Origin: Flavobacteriaceae bacterium
Lineage (GTDB): Bacteria > Bacteroidota > Bacteroidia > Flavobacteriales > Flavobacteriaceae
Assembly: GCA_024639165.1 (NCBI GenBank)
Contig: JAHEIX010000012.1
Coordinates: 1,612 to 65,611 of the forward strand
Reading direction: 5' to 3'
DNA: 64,000 bases
Position 1 is the first letter of the stretch, and the number at the start of each line of letters is the position of its first letter. This document shows, piece after piece, positions 39,565 to 49,099 of this stretch. Made by a program: the position numbers and the translations under genes. Under the pieces are notes generated by a model, which saw only the letters and a list, made by a program, of their open reading frames with translations, was not told the origin of the DNA and ran no database searches.

Positions 39565-40868
39565 AATACTACAGCCTAACCGACAACAGCAACACCGCCA
39601 GTTTTTCAGAAGCGGTAATCCGAGGACTTGCACCAGACAGGGGCTTATATTTTCCTGAAAAAACACCAAGATTAGATGCATCCTTTCTTGCAGACATCAC
39701 CAATAAGTCTATGGTAGAGATTGGTATTGAAGTCATGCGCCCTTTTGTAGGAGGCACCATTACTGAAGGACGCTTGGAGAAAATTGTTGCCGATACCCTT
39801 TGCTTTGACTTTCCAGTCAATAAAATCAACGACAATACGGCTACTCTAGAGCTTTTCCACGGACCCACCATGGCGTTTAAAGATGTTGGCGCTCGCTTTA
39901 TGGCGCGCTGTATTGGTTATTTTAATGAACAAAGTCCCAAGAAAGTCACCGTATTGGTAGCTACATCTGGTGACACCGGTGGCGCAGTTGCTTCTGGTTT
40001 TTTGGGTATTGAAGGTACTGAAGTTATTATCCTTTATCCCAAGGGAAAGGTCAGTCACATCCAAGAACTGCAACTCACCACCAATGGCAATAACATAAAG
40101 GCCGTAGAAGTTGATGGTGTTTTTGACGACTGCCAAGAGATGGTCAAGTCTGCGTTTATAGATGAAGAATTGAAAGGAAAATTAAATCTGACTTCTGCCA
40201 ATTCAATTAATGTAGCCCGGTGGCTACCACAATCCCTGTACTTTTTCTTTGCCTATCAGCAGTTTCAACGCATGGGCGTAGATAAAAAACTGGCTTTTTC
40301 TGTGCCTAGTGGCAACTTTGGAAACATCTGTGCAGGTATCGTAGCAAAAAGACTTGGTTTGCCTATCAGTCATTTTATAGCGAGTACCAACATCAACGAT
40401 ACCGTACCCCGCTATTTAGAAACACAAGACTACCAACCCAACCCATCAAAGCAAACCATTTCCAATGCCATGGATGTAGGAAATCCATCTAATTTTATCC
40501 GTATTCAGTCTCTTTATGGAAATGACTTTGATGTACTAAAGCAAGACTTTTCATCTTATGCTTATAATGATGCCGAAACAAAACTAGCGCTTGCGGAGCT
40601 ACATCAAAAGCACCACTATGTTGCCGATCCACATGGAGCCGTTGGCTATTTGGGGTTACAGCGCTTTTTGGAAAACAATCCAGACCATTACGGCATATTT
40701 TTAGAAACAGCACATCCTATTAAATTTCGTGATACTGTAGAAGAAACACTAGGCCTAACCCTAGATATACCAACACAGATTCAGCATATTCTCGATAAAA
40801 AGCCAGAAAAAACGTTTTTGAGTGGCTACGAGGCGCTCAAGGAATACCTATTGTCCCAAGCTGTCTAA
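39561..40868 (+). CDS. thrC: Threonine synthase
   Basis: It overlaps thrB by ATGA. The PLP-lysine region is HGPTMAFKDVG, and the length and motifs are typical of long-type ThrC. Confidence 0.93.
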   Translation: MKYYSLTDNSNTASFSEAVIRGLAPDRGLYFPEKTPRLDASFLADITNKSMVEIGIEVMRPFVGGTITEGRLEKIVADTLCFDFPVNKINDNTATLELFHGPTMAFKDVGARFMARCIGYFNEQSPKKVTVLVATSGDTGGAVASGFLGIEGTEVIILYPKGKVSHIQELQLTTNGNNIKAVEVDGVFDDCQEMVKSAFIDEELKGKLNLTSANSINVARWLPQSLYFFFAYQQFQRMGVDKKLAFSVPSGNFGNICAGIVAKRLGLPISHFIASTNINDTVPRYLETQDYQPNPSKQTISNAMDVGNPSNFIRIQSLYGNDFDVLKQDFSSYAYNDAETKLALAELHQKHHYVADPHGAVGYLGLQRFLENNPDHYGIFLETAHPIKFRDTVEETLGLTLDIPTQIQHILDKKPEKTFLSGYEALKEYLLSQAV

Positions 40869-42461
40869 TTCAGGCAACACAAAAGCATCCAATACACTTG
40901 GCTGCTGCATCATAGCCTCAATGCCTTCGGCCGTACGCGGCGCATAAGCAGACAGGTTTACAGGTCCATCGTTCGTAATTAAAATATCATCTTCAATGCG
41001 GACGGCTATTCCCCACCATTTGGAATCACAAGGGCTATCTTCAGGAATATAAATTCCTGGCTCAACAGTAATCAAGGTATTGTGTTTGAAAGGGCTATAG
41101 GTGCCCGCATCGTGCACATCTAATCCAAGATAGTGTGAAGTACCATGTGGGAAATATGTACGTGCTTGTTCACGATTTTCTATAATGCCCAAGGCTATGA
41201 GTCCTTCAGCAATCAATTCAAGGGCGGCGTAGTGAGGCGCACGCATGTTAGCTCCTACTACGGAGGCTTTTATTCCAGCTTCTTGTGCCTTATAAACGAT
41301 GTCATAAATGGCACGCTGTTCTGCTGAAAAAGTGCCATTGGCAGGAATAGTTCGAGTAACATCGGCAGTATAATTGTGGTATTCAGCACCCAAATCCATT
41401 AAAACCAAATCGTCTTCAACTGTGGGTTTGTCATTTGTGATATAGTGCAAAACACAGCCATTGTGTCCTCCGCCAACTATAGAAGGGTATCCTTCATACT
41501 CCGCTCCATATTTTTTAAATACAAATTCGTGTATCCCTTGAATTTCACGCTCCGACATACCGGGATGCATGGCTTTCATCACCTCTACTTGACCAACCGC
41601 TGAAATATAGATGGCCTTTTTGAGTAATGCCACTTCTTCAGGTAATTTAATTTCACGCAAGTTGTCCATGATCATGGGCAATGTTTGGGTATCGAGGTTA
41701 GTAAGTTGGGCAGACATCTGCTGTTTCAGCTCAGTGCGCTGGCGCTCGTTTATGGCCGTTTGATAAGCGCTAAGCAATTCATCTTGCGCCAAGTCTTTAT
41801 TGGTTCGCAGCGAACGTGACAATACTTGTGCAACATTGGCAGAACTGTTGACATCAGAAGTGGTAATATATCGATACAGCGAGGCTTTTTCTATATTGTA
41901 ATTGACTGGGAACTTCGCCTTTTCTTTAAAGCTGTTTATCAACGAATAGAGATCTGCTTCATTGCGAGTATCATCTCTAACATCGTTATTAAAATCAAAG
42001 AAGAGCACTTGATCAAAGCGTTCAAAATCAGTTTTGAAATCAGAAAATTGGGTGTTAAAAAACACGTTGGAGAAACCTAGTTTTTCTTTGGCTCCTTTGA
42101 TACCCAAACGATAACCATCCCATTGCTCTCGTAAGGGATCACGCTCTTGCACAAACAACACATCATGCATAGCAACCCCATCCACAACTTGAGGTTCTTT
42201 GTAAATCAACAGTACAGCATGTGGTTCTTTTAATCCTGTCAGGTAATAAAAATTAGGATCTTGGTGGTAGTGGAAATCCACATCATTGGCTCGATTTCGC
42301 ACAGGATTTGCAAAAAATACAGCAACACTGTTAGGAGGCATTTGGGTACGAACCGCTTGGCGACGTTCTTCGTGAAAGGCAGGTGTTAGATAATCGTTCG
42401 GAACTTCTTGGGCGTGAAGACTAAAAACAGCAACTATTGTGAATAAAATGGAGCGTAACAT
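40848..42461 (-). CDS. pepP: Xaa-Pro aminopeptidase (M24B, aminopeptidase P), secreted
   Basis: M24 metal ligands are present (DLGAEYHNYTADVTRT, HGTSHYLGLDVHD, VEPGIYIP, RIEDD). The first ATG at 42461 yields a signal peptide (MLRSILFTIVAVFSLHAQ), whereas the track start at 42518 is a TTG. Confidence 0.85.
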   Translation of the reverse strand: MLRSILFTIVAVFSLHAQEVPNDYLTPAFHEERRQAVRTQMPPNSVAVFFANPVRNRANDVDFHYHQDPNFYYLTGLKEPHAVLLIYKEPQVVDGVAMHDVLFVQERDPLREQWDGYRLGIKGAKEKLGFSNVFFNTQFSDFKTDFERFDQVLFFDFNNDVRDDTRNEADLYSLINSFKEKAKFPVNYNIEKASLYRYITTSDVNSSANVAQVLSRSLRTNKDLAQDELLSAYQTAINERQRTELKQQMSAQLTNLDTQTLPMIMDNLREIKLPEEVALLKKAIYISAVGQVEVMKAMHPGMSEREIQGIHEFVFKKYGAEYEGYPSIVGGGHNGCVLHYITNDKPTVEDDLVLMDLGAEYHNYTADVTRTIPANGTFSAEQRAIYDIVYKAQEAGIKASVVGANMRAPHYAALELIAEGLIALGIIENREQARTYFPHGTSHYLGLDVHDAGTYSPFKHNTLITVEPGIYIPEDSPCDSKWWGIAVRIEDDILITNDGPVNLSAYAPRTAEGIEAMMQQPSVLDAFVLPELDSLGQ

Positions 42462-42496
42462 AAACTTCTTTTTAGCTAAAATAGCTAAAACTGTGC

Positions 42497-42504
42497 TACT
42501 TTTG
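42497..42504 (+). promoter_or_regulatory. -7 promoter box TACTTTTG, 5 nt upstream of the gcvT ATG
   Basis: This is an exact TAnnTTTG match. AAGAT separates it from ATG 42510. Confidence 0.45.
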
Positions 42505-42509
42505 AAGAT

Positions 42510-43592
42510 ATGAAGCAATTGACCTTACATCAACAGCACACCCAACTGGGCGCCAAAATGGGCCCTTTTGCTGGCTTTGAGATGCCCCTTTCTTACAAAG
42601 GAGTAAAGGCCGAACATTTATGTGTACGTGAACATGTGGGTGTTTTTGATGTTTCCCACATGGGAGAATTTATTGTGTCTGGAGATGCAGCCTTAGCTTT
42701 ATTGCAACATACCACCAGTAACAACGTTGCAGCACTTGCTATAGGCGATGCTCAATATGCCTATATCCCTACCAATGAGGGGGGCGTGGTGGACGACCTA
42801 TTGGTGTATCGATTGGCAGAAAAAAGCTATTTATTGGTTGTAAACGCCAGTAACCTGGCCAAGGATTGGAATTGGCTTTCAGCGCAAAACAAATCCTTTG
42901 GGGCCACCTTGGAAAACAAATCAGACGCCTATGCTCTTTTGGCCGTTCAAGGTCCTAAAGCACACGAATTGATGAAGCGCATCTGTACGGTAGACACGGC
43001 CAAACAAAAAAACTTTTCAATCATTGAAACTTCTGTGGTAACTGTCGCAGGTGTATTTGTCGCCACTACTGGATATACTGGTGCTGGGGGCGTAGAGCTT
43101 TACGTTCCAACAGCAGCAGCCATACAAGTCTGGGAAGCCTTATTACAGGAAGGCGAAGCACTTAATATCCAACCTATTGGTCTGGCAGCTAGAGACACCT
43201 TGCGTCTTGAAATGGGTTACTGCCTGTATGGCCACGAATTGAGTGATCGCATTTCCCCCATAGCAGCGCGATTGGCGTGGTGTACCGATTTTAATAAATC
43301 TTTTGTGGGTGACTTGCATATTAAAAAAGATAAAGCAAAAGGCACTACCCAAATACGAATTGGCCTGCGCATGATAGATCGTGGCATTCCACGACAAGGC
43401 TATGCGCTCATTGATGCGGATGGAAATACTATTGGCGAAGTTACCTCGGGCACTTCCTCGCCTTCGTTGAATGTGGGTATTGGCATGGGATATATAGACA
43501 GGGCATACGCCAAGGTAGGTACAGAAATCTTTGTCCGCATACGTGAGAAAAATGTAAAGGCGTGCATAAGCCGTCTTCCTTTTATTACCTAA
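42510..43592 (+). CDS. gcvT: Glycine cleavage system aminomethyltransferase (T protein)
   Basis: The product shows full-length GcvT character (VFDVSHMGEF, GYTGAGGVEL, LGLAARDTLRLEMGYCLYGHEL). Confidence 0.93.
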   Translation: MKQLTLHQQHTQLGAKMGPFAGFEMPLSYKGVKAEHLCVREHVGVFDVSHMGEFIVSGDAALALLQHTTSNNVAALAIGDAQYAYIPTNEGGVVDDLLVYRLAEKSYLLVVNASNLAKDWNWLSAQNKSFGATLENKSDAYALLAVQGPKAHELMKRICTVDTAKQKNFSIIETSVVTVAGVFVATTGYTGAGGVELYVPTAAAIQVWEALLQEGEALNIQPIGLAARDTLRLEMGYCLYGHELSDRISPIAARLAWCTDFNKSFVGDLHIKKDKAKGTTQIRIGLRMIDRGIPRQGYALIDADGNTIGEVTSGTSSPSLNVGIGMGYIDRAYAKVGTEIFVRIREKNVKACISRLPFIT

Positions 43593-43593
43593 T

Positions 43594-44427
43594 ATGAAAC
43601 GCATCCTCATCATTGGCGGAAGTGGTTTTCTGGGGCGTGCTTTATACAAAGAGCTACACCCTTACTTTAATGTCTATGCTACCTATTGCAACCAATTAGG
43701 TTACGGGAAAAACAAACGATATTTTGAGTATGATTTTAGAGAAGACTCCCCCACCGAATTACTAAAATTTATCAAACCTGACCTAATCATTTCAGCGCTT
43801 CGAGGCGAAGATGCGGGACAGTTTGTAGCCCATGATATGCTGATTGACTATGTGGTACAACAACAAGCCCGTTTGATTTTTTTATCGGCAGCCAATGTGT
43901 TTGACAGTTTTAGGCATTACCCAAGCTATGAGCACGACAAAACTTTTTCTGAGAGTGCCTATGGCAAGGGGAAAATTAAAATTGAAAACAAGCTCATGCG
44001 CATGCCCCCTTTCAGTTGGACTATTGCGCGTTTGCCCATGGTCTTTGGTGCGGGTGCACCCCGCTTATTAGCACTAAAAACAGCTATTGAAAATCAAACC
44101 CCTTATGAGATTTTCCCTAACTCGGTCATTAATGTTGCGGCAGCTTATTTTGTAACCCAACAATTGCATTATATCATCAACAGAAATTTATGGGGAATTT
44201 TTCATTTGGGCAGCGATGATTTGATTCATCAAGATGAGTTCATAGCCCAATTGGTGGATGGATTAAAGCTGTCCAAGAAACCTTGTTATACGCACGTTTA
44301 TGCTAGTAATATTGACCGGTATATAGCGGTACTTCCCAAATACAACCTGTTGCCCAAACATTTGCGCTATACTTCAGAAGCTGTTATACAAAACTGTTTG
44401 GGTGTGATTACTCCAGGGAAACGATGA
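43594..44427 (+). CDS. NAD(P)-binding Rossmann protein of the RmlD/sugar-nucleotide reductase-epimerase type
   Basis: The N-terminus is ILIIGGSGFLGRAL. The 277-aa size and a YGKGK (Y-x3-K) motif fit the family, but the specific function is unknown. Confidence 0.65.
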   Translation: MKRILIIGGSGFLGRALYKELHPYFNVYATYCNQLGYGKNKRYFEYDFREDSPTELLKFIKPDLIISALRGEDAGQFVAHDMLIDYVVQQQARLIFLSAANVFDSFRHYPSYEHDKTFSESAYGKGKIKIENKLMRMPPFSWTIARLPMVFGAGAPRLLALKTAIENQTPYEIFPNSVINVAAAYFVTQQLHYIINRNLWGIFHLGSDDLIHQDEFIAQLVDGLKLSKKPCYTHVYASNIDRYIAVLPKYNLLPKHLRYTSEAVIQNCLGVITPGKR

Positions 44428-44600
44428 AGAAGCATTTCATTATTTGGCTTGTTTCCTTTGTTTTAGCTCTATGGCTAGGGTGGATGGATCATGAAACCGA
44501 ATCATGGTCTATGTTGCTTTGCAATGGCGGGAATATCATTACCCTACTCTTTATTACGCTTGTATTTGCTGGCATGGGCTATAGCATAAGGCGTTTGTGA
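44424..44600 (+). CDS. Unannotated 58-aa two-helix membrane protein (below the ORF-track cutoff)
   Basis: Its ATG overlaps the upstream stop (ATGA at 44424-44427). The product is MKKHFIIWLVSFVLALWLGWMDHETESWSMLLCNGGNIITLLFITLVFAGMGYSIRRL, with two hydrophobic helices, and it ends at TGA 44598-44600. Confidence 0.5.
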   Translation: MKKHFIIWLVSFVLALWLGWMDHETESWSMLLCNGGNIITLLFITLVFAGMGYSIRRL

Positions 44601-44696
44601 GGCATAATTTAGTTATTAGAATGCAGCTTACGCCAAAACCAATATCCTTCTTTTGCCAAACACTATTGGCTTTTATATCTTTACCAAAACGAATTT

Positions 44697-45413
44697 ATGG
44701 GAAGGGCATTTGAATTTCGCAAAGCACGCAAGATGAAACGCTGGTCAGCTATGGCCAAGACCTTTACACGCATTGGCAAAGACATTGTCATGGCCGTAAA
44801 AGAAGGTGGACCACATCCTGATAGCAATTCACGACTGCGTGCAGTAATTCAAAACGCCAAGGCTGTCAACATGCCCAAGGACAATATTGAGCGTGCTATC
44901 AAACGGGCCTCAGACAAAAGCACAGAGAACTACAAAGAAGTCCTATTTGAAGGCTATGCGCCACACGGAATAGCCGTATTGGTAGAAACTGCCACAGATA
45001 ACAACAACCGCACCGTAGCCAATGTCCGTAGCTACTTTAATAAATGCAATGGCAATTTGGGAACCTCTGGTTCTGTAGAATTCATGTTTGACCATACTTG
45101 TAATTTCCGCATACCTACCGAGGGTATAGATGCTGAGGAGTTGGAATTGGAATTTATTGACTTTGGTGTAGACGAAGTTTTTGTAGACGAAGATGGCATA
45201 TTACTCTACGCACCCTTTGAAAGCTTTGGTGCCATTCAAAAAGAACTGGAAAAACGTGAGATTGAAATCCTATCTTCAGGCTTTGAGCGTATTCCTACTA
45301 CTACCACTACCCTATCTGGCGAGGCAGTTGAAGAAGTAGAAAAGCTACTTGAAAAGTTAGAGGAAGACGACGATGTACAAAACGTCTATCACACCATGGT
45401 TTTAGTTGAGTAA
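44697..45413 (+). CDS. yebC: YebC/PmpR-family transcriptional regulator
   Basis: The N-terminus is canonical (MGRAFEFRKARKMKRW...KDIVMAVKEGGPHPDSNSRLR), and the product is 238 aa. Confidence 0.9.
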   Translation: MGRAFEFRKARKMKRWSAMAKTFTRIGKDIVMAVKEGGPHPDSNSRLRAVIQNAKAVNMPKDNIERAIKRASDKSTENYKEVLFEGYAPHGIAVLVETATDNNNRTVANVRSYFNKCNGNLGTSGSVEFMFDHTCNFRIPTEGIDAEELELEFIDFGVDEVFVDEDGILLYAPFESFGAIQKELEKREIEILSSGFERIPTTTTTLSGEAVEEVEKLLEKLEEDDDVQNVYHTMVLVE

Positions 45414-46121
45414 TGAGTTGGCTTTGACCAAGTCCTCAGGCGTATCTATTCCCACACCCACAAAATCCGTTTCTAGCATTTGCATCACCTTGCCCATTTC
45501 TAAGTAGCGGATGGCTTCAATCTTTTCTGCCTGTTCAAGTGGCGTTGGTGCTTGGGCGTAAAAATCCAAGAGAGCTGCCTTGCGAAAAGCGTAGATCCCT
45601 ACATGACGAAATGCTTGCCCTTGGGCTCGCATAAACGGAATCGCCGCACGAGAAAAATATAGGGCCCTGCCCTGTTTATCGCTTACTACCTTAACCACAT
45701 TTGGATTTTCTAAATCTGCCTTGCTGTGTATGGGAATCATGAGCGAGGCCAAATCAATCTTAGCTTCAACGTCTTCCTCAAAAGCCGTTATCAAATCCGA
45801 CAGGGCATGGGACGAAATAAAAGGCTCATCACCTTGCACATTGATAATTATGTCTGCATCCAACTGACTGGCACATTCAGCAACGCGGTTGCTACCACAT
45901 TCATGTATCAACTGACTGCGAAAAACCTTTCCGCCTATGCTTGCGATATGGGCTGATATAGCATCTGAATCTGTAGCGACCCACACCTCGTCAAAGAGCT
46001 TGGTCTGTTGTACGGCTTCATATGTACGTTGCAACACAGTCTTACCGGCCAAATCGGCCAAAAGTTTACCGGGAAAGCGTTGTGCTTCGTAACGGGCGGG
46101 AATGACTGCTATTATATGCAT
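45402..46121 (-). CDS. kdsB: 3-deoxy-manno-octulosonate cytidylyltransferase (CMP-KDO synthetase)
   Basis: Motifs are IIPARYEAQRFPGK, VQGDEP and HVGIYAF. The product is 239 aa. Confidence 0.92.
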   Translation of the reverse strand: MHIIAVIPARYEAQRFPGKLLADLAGKTVLQRTYEAVQQTKLFDEVWVATDSDAISAHIASIGGKVFRSQLIHECGSNRVAECASQLDADIIINVQGDEPFISSHALSDLITAFEEDVEAKIDLASLMIPIHSKADLENPNVVKVVSDKQGRALYFSRAAIPFMRAQGQAFRHVGIYAFRKAALLDFYAQAPTPLEQAEKIEAIRYLEMGKVMQMLETDFVGVGIDTPEDLVKANSLLN

Positions 46122-46125
46122 GATG

Positions 46126-46133
46126 CAAAAGTA
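46126..46133 (-). promoter_or_regulatory. -7 promoter box (TACTTTTG on the minus strand), 4 nt upstream of the kdsB ATG
   Basis: The plus strand reads CAAAAGTA. Four bases separate it from the ATG at 46121. A minus-strand TTTG at 46154-46151 lies 17 nt upstream, inside the helicase 3' end. Confidence 0.5.
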
Positions 46134-46139
46134 ATCAAA

Positions 46140-47564
46140 TCATTCCGCATCAAAGAAGGTGTCATCAAATCCAACCAAGAACAACTTTTCTGATGCGCGA
46201 GTAACAGCCGTATAGAGCCATCTAAAAAACCCTGCGTCAGGACCGTCGGGCAAATAGGGCTTTTCTACCAATACGCGCTTCCATTGCCCTCCTTGTGCTT
46301 TATGACACGTAAAGGCGTAGGCATACTTGACTTGCAGTGCATTAAAAAAGGGATTCTTTTTAACATTCAAATACTGCTTGTATTGTGGTAGGTGCGCATA
46401 ATCTTCTCTAACGGCTTGATAGAGCTTTGTGTTTTCTTCAAAAGAAAGGGCATGGGTTTCAGAGGCAAGTGTGTCGAGTAAAAAAACGGTGTCAAAAGGT
46501 TCTTCGTCTGGATAGTCTAACATTCGTACACTCACTTCGGCAAACCTAAAATCATAAAGCTCCTTAATGGCCTTAATTTTAAGTACTTCAACCGTATCGC
46601 CATTGGCAATAAAGCCTGGCCCTGATGTAGGAGACAGCCAATGGTAATTATTCTTGACCACCATAAGTAAATCCCCAGTAGCCAAATCGGGTTCTTTGCC
46701 CAAAATTTCAGCGCGTATTTGTTGATTATACCCATTAGCACGTTTGTTTGAACGTACGATACAAGCGGTTTCTTCTCGACCTACCTCTCTGAAAGAGGTC
46801 TCAAGAGCATCTTGAATTTCATAACCATCTTGCAACCTGATGATGTCTGGAAATTTGGATAAAATAAACTGAAATTGATCGGTGTGCTGGTTGTGTAATT
46901 GCTGTCTAATTCTAGTGGCATTAAATAAAATACCCGAATCTTTTGCTTGGCGCACCACCTCATCTAGTTCCACTTCTTGGGGGGCTAGGTCAAAGTCTAA
47001 AGACAACACTTGGGCATCCAAGGCTGGACTTAGGTTGGTGTGCACGGGTGGCAGTTGGGCAGTATCACCCACAAACATCAGCTTGCAATTTTCACCAGCA
47101 CGTACATAGGCAATTAGATCTTGCAGTAGGGAACCATTTTCAAAGAGTTTACTCTGCTGTTGTTGATTTGCAATCATAGAAGCCTCATCAACCAAAAAAA
47201 GGGTACGCTTAAATTTATTTTTTTGAAGTTTGAATTTAAGATTGCCTTGGCGCTCTTGCTGGGTGAAATAAATCCGCTTGTGAATGGTGCAGGCTGGGCG
47301 ATTCGCATAGGCGGCCATCACTTTTGCAGCACGTCCAGTTGGCGCCATAAGCACCGTTTTGTATCGCAACTTAGCAATAGATTGCACCAATGCCCCAATA
47401 AGTGTGGTTTTTCCAGTTCCAGCAAAACCCTTTAATACAAACACTGCCTTCTCTGACTCGTTATCAAAAAAAACGGCCAATGTGCGCAGTGCTTTTTCTT
47501 GCGCTCCAGTGGGCGTAAAAGGAAATGCGTCAAAAAGTGCTTTGGTTAAAGCCGTTGAATCCAT
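46140..47564 (-). CDS. RecD/Pif1-like superfamily-1B DNA helicase
   Basis: It has Walker A (GFAGTGKTT), Walker B (LFLVDEASM), motif III (FVGDTAQLPPV) and the C-terminal CHKAQGGQW motif. The product is 474 aa. Confidence 0.8.
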   Translation of the reverse strand: MDSTALTKALFDAFPFTPTGAQEKALRTLAVFFDNESEKAVFVLKGFAGTGKTTLIGALVQSIAKLRYKTVLMAPTGRAAKVMAAYANRPACTIHKRIYFTQQERQGNLKFKLQKNKFKRTLFLVDEASMIANQQQQSKLFENGSLLQDLIAYVRAGENCKLMFVGDTAQLPPVHTNLSPALDAQVLSLDFDLAPQEVELDEVVRQAKDSGILFNATRIRQQLHNQHTDQFQFILSKFPDIIRLQDGYEIQDALETSFREVGREETACIVRSNKRANGYNQQIRAEILGKEPDLATGDLLMVVKNNYHWLSPTSGPGFIANGDTVEVLKIKAIKELYDFRFAEVSVRMLDYPDEEPFDTVFLLDTLASETHALSFEENTKLYQAVREDYAHLPQYKQYLNVKKNPFFNALQVKYAYAFTCHKAQGGQWKRVLVEKPYLPDGPDAGFFRWLYTAVTRASEKLFLVGFDDTFFDAE

Positions 47565-47616
47565 TGGCTAAATGTAGGAATGTTTTATTGAAGCACGTAG
47601 AGATTGAAAAAAATTG

Positions 47617-47624
47617 TAAATTTG
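47617..47624 (+). promoter_or_regulatory. -7 promoter box TAAATTTG for the 47650 operon
   Basis: This is an exact TAnnTTTG match, 25 nt upstream of ATG 47650. No well-spaced -33 TTG is present. Confidence 0.4.
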
Positions 47625-47649
47625 AGTGCTTTAAAATTTAATAGGCGTC

Positions 47650-48300
47650 ATGAAAAAAATCTTACTACCTGTTTTATGGATCCTCATCTTATTCTTCGCG
47701 TATAAGTTATTTTACTCCATTTACGACCCCATCCAGTTCAATAACGTTAAAGTAGAGCGTTATGCAAATGTAATTGCCAACCTAAAAGATATTGGCAAGG
47801 CACAAGTAGCCCACAAATCTGTTAATGGTTATTATGCCCAAGACTTTAAAAGCTTGGTAAAGTTTATAGACACTGCCGAGTATGTTATCGTTGAAAAAAG
47901 AGACTCAAGTTATTTGGAATACGATCGCACCTATCGCATCGATATGCTGCGCGAAGTTCAAATCGTAGACACCTTAGGCTTTGTTTCTGTAAAAGATTCC
48001 CTATTTGGTGACTCTGATCGATACACTAGCATGATGAAAGTTCCTGTTAAAGGAATCGACACCAGCTTTGTGATGAAAGCAGATGTTATCGAAAAAAACA
48101 ATTATCCCGTGGCCGTGTTTGAGGTGAGTGTATCCAAAGACTTGGTTTTACACGATCAAGATCCGTATTTATTGGAACAAGAAAAAGCAACCATTTCCGT
48201 AGATGGTGTAAATGGTCCTGACATTGTGTTGGGCTCGATGACAGAAGTAAGTACCAACGGAAACTGGCCTACCATTTACGATGCCGGAATACAAAACTAA
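47650..48300 (+). CDS. Hypothetical protein with a single N-terminal membrane helix
   Basis: The product is 216 aa. It has an N-terminal hydrophobic helix (ILLPVLWILILFFAYKLF) followed by a soluble domain. The coding periodicity is clean and no rival ORF is present. Confidence 0.6.
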   Translation: MKKILLPVLWILILFFAYKLFYSIYDPIQFNNVKVERYANVIANLKDIGKAQVAHKSVNGYYAQDFKSLVKFIDTAEYVIVEKRDSSYLEYDRTYRIDMLREVQIVDTLGFVSVKDSLFGDSDRYTSMMKVPVKGIDTSFVMKADVIEKNNYPVAVFEVSVSKDLVLHDQDPYLLEQEKATISVDGVNGPDIVLGSMTEVSTNGNWPTIYDAGIQN

Positions 48301-49099
48301 AAATATAAAAAGTGACTTAAAGTTGTCCATTCACGTACACGTGAATGGACTTTCTTTTTTTACCCATAACCAAAAAACCAATAAAGCGTCTCAAATATTT
48401 AGAGCCGTTTTTGACACATTTGTTCCTTTAGAAAATCTTCACGAAAACATACGAACAGCGCTGAAAGAAAATGGCATGTTAGTGCACAGCTATAATGAAG
48501 TGCGCTGTAGCGTTGAAAACAATCTTGCGACCTTGGTACCCAAGTCACTTTTTGAAGAAACTGCGCTACACGAATATGTACAGAAAGATATTGATGTAAA
48601 ACCAAACGATTTTATCACCTATGATGTAGAGCCCAGTACAGATTGGATCTGTGTATATGCCCCCTTTGTCAACGTAAATAATATGTTACTTGACAGCTTT
48701 GGGTCTTTTAGCTACTATCATGCTGTGACGGTATGGCTACGCGCGTTGTCGCAACACAGCGCAGCAGACGGTGCCTTGGTTTGGAGTCTCTATAAAGAAC
48801 AAGACCACCTACACATCGCATTGCTACGAGATAAAAAGCTTCAATTTTACAATTGCTTTGAAGCCACCAAACCAAAAGATGTGGTGTACTATGTACTGCT
48901 CACTGCTAAAGAAAAAAACATCAGTCCCAACGAGGTACCCCTATTTATAGCTGGTGACATCGCTGTTGAGGATGAAATTTATAAGGGATTACACGAATTT
49001 GTGAGAAGTATCAATCTGCTAACTGTAGAAAATAATTTGGAGCATGTAGTACCGCGTATCAGTACCCACCAAGATTTTTGTTTGTTAAATCTGTTTTAA
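48281..49099 (+). CDS. Hypothetical protein; from memory it resembles the Bacteroidota DUF3822 family found next to rsmD
   Basis: The product is 272 aa. It overlaps the upstream gene by 20 nt and the rsmD start by 1 nt (TAATG). The family name is recalled from memory and has not been verified. Confidence 0.55.
   Translation: MPEYKTKNIKSDLKLSIHVHVNGLSFFTHNQKTNKASQIFRAVFDTFVPLENLHENIRTALKENGMLVHSYNEVRCSVENNLATLVPKSLFEETALHEYVQKDIDVKPNDFITYDVEPSTDWICVYAPFVNVNNMLLDSFGSFSYYHAVTVWLRALSQHSAADGALVWSLYKEQDHLHIALLRDKKLQFYNCFEATKPKDVVYYVLLTAKEKNISPNEVPLFIAGDIAVEDEIYKGLHEFVRSINLLTVENNLEHVVPRISTHQDFCLLNLF

Noticed and set aside
42475-42486. The 12-mer GCTAAAATAGCT occurs both at 42475-42486 and at 63912-63923, in each case upstream of a promoter box. 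This suggested a possible shared operator.
   Set aside because: Its distance to the -7 box differs between the two sites (10 nt versus adjacent). Chance 12-mer repeats are expected many times over in 128 kb of two-strand AT-rich sequence.
42462-42509. A glycine riboswitch upstream of gcvT, as is common in other phyla.
   Set aside because: Only 48 nt separate the divergent pepP and gcvT start codons, and a promoter box sits 5 nt from the gcvT ATG. There is no room for an aptamer of about 100 nt or more.
43143-43649. Long antisense or alternative-frame ORFs inside well-supported genes. Examples are 43143-43649(-), 21720-22247(+), 11824-12246(-), 28272-28721(+), 30449-30802(-), 13360-13671(+) and 59832-60032(+).
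   Set aside because: Each lies entirely within, or mostly opposite, a gene with clear family motifs. Their products are low-complexity or Cys/Arg/Ser-rich, as expected from antisense translation of moderately AT-rich coding DNA.
46140-47564. The RecD/Pif1-like helicase as part of a defence system.
   Set aside because: It is flanked by housekeeping genes (kdsB and the rsmD operon). No nuclease, methylase, toxin or other defence partner is nearby, and the context looks like the conserved core chromosome.
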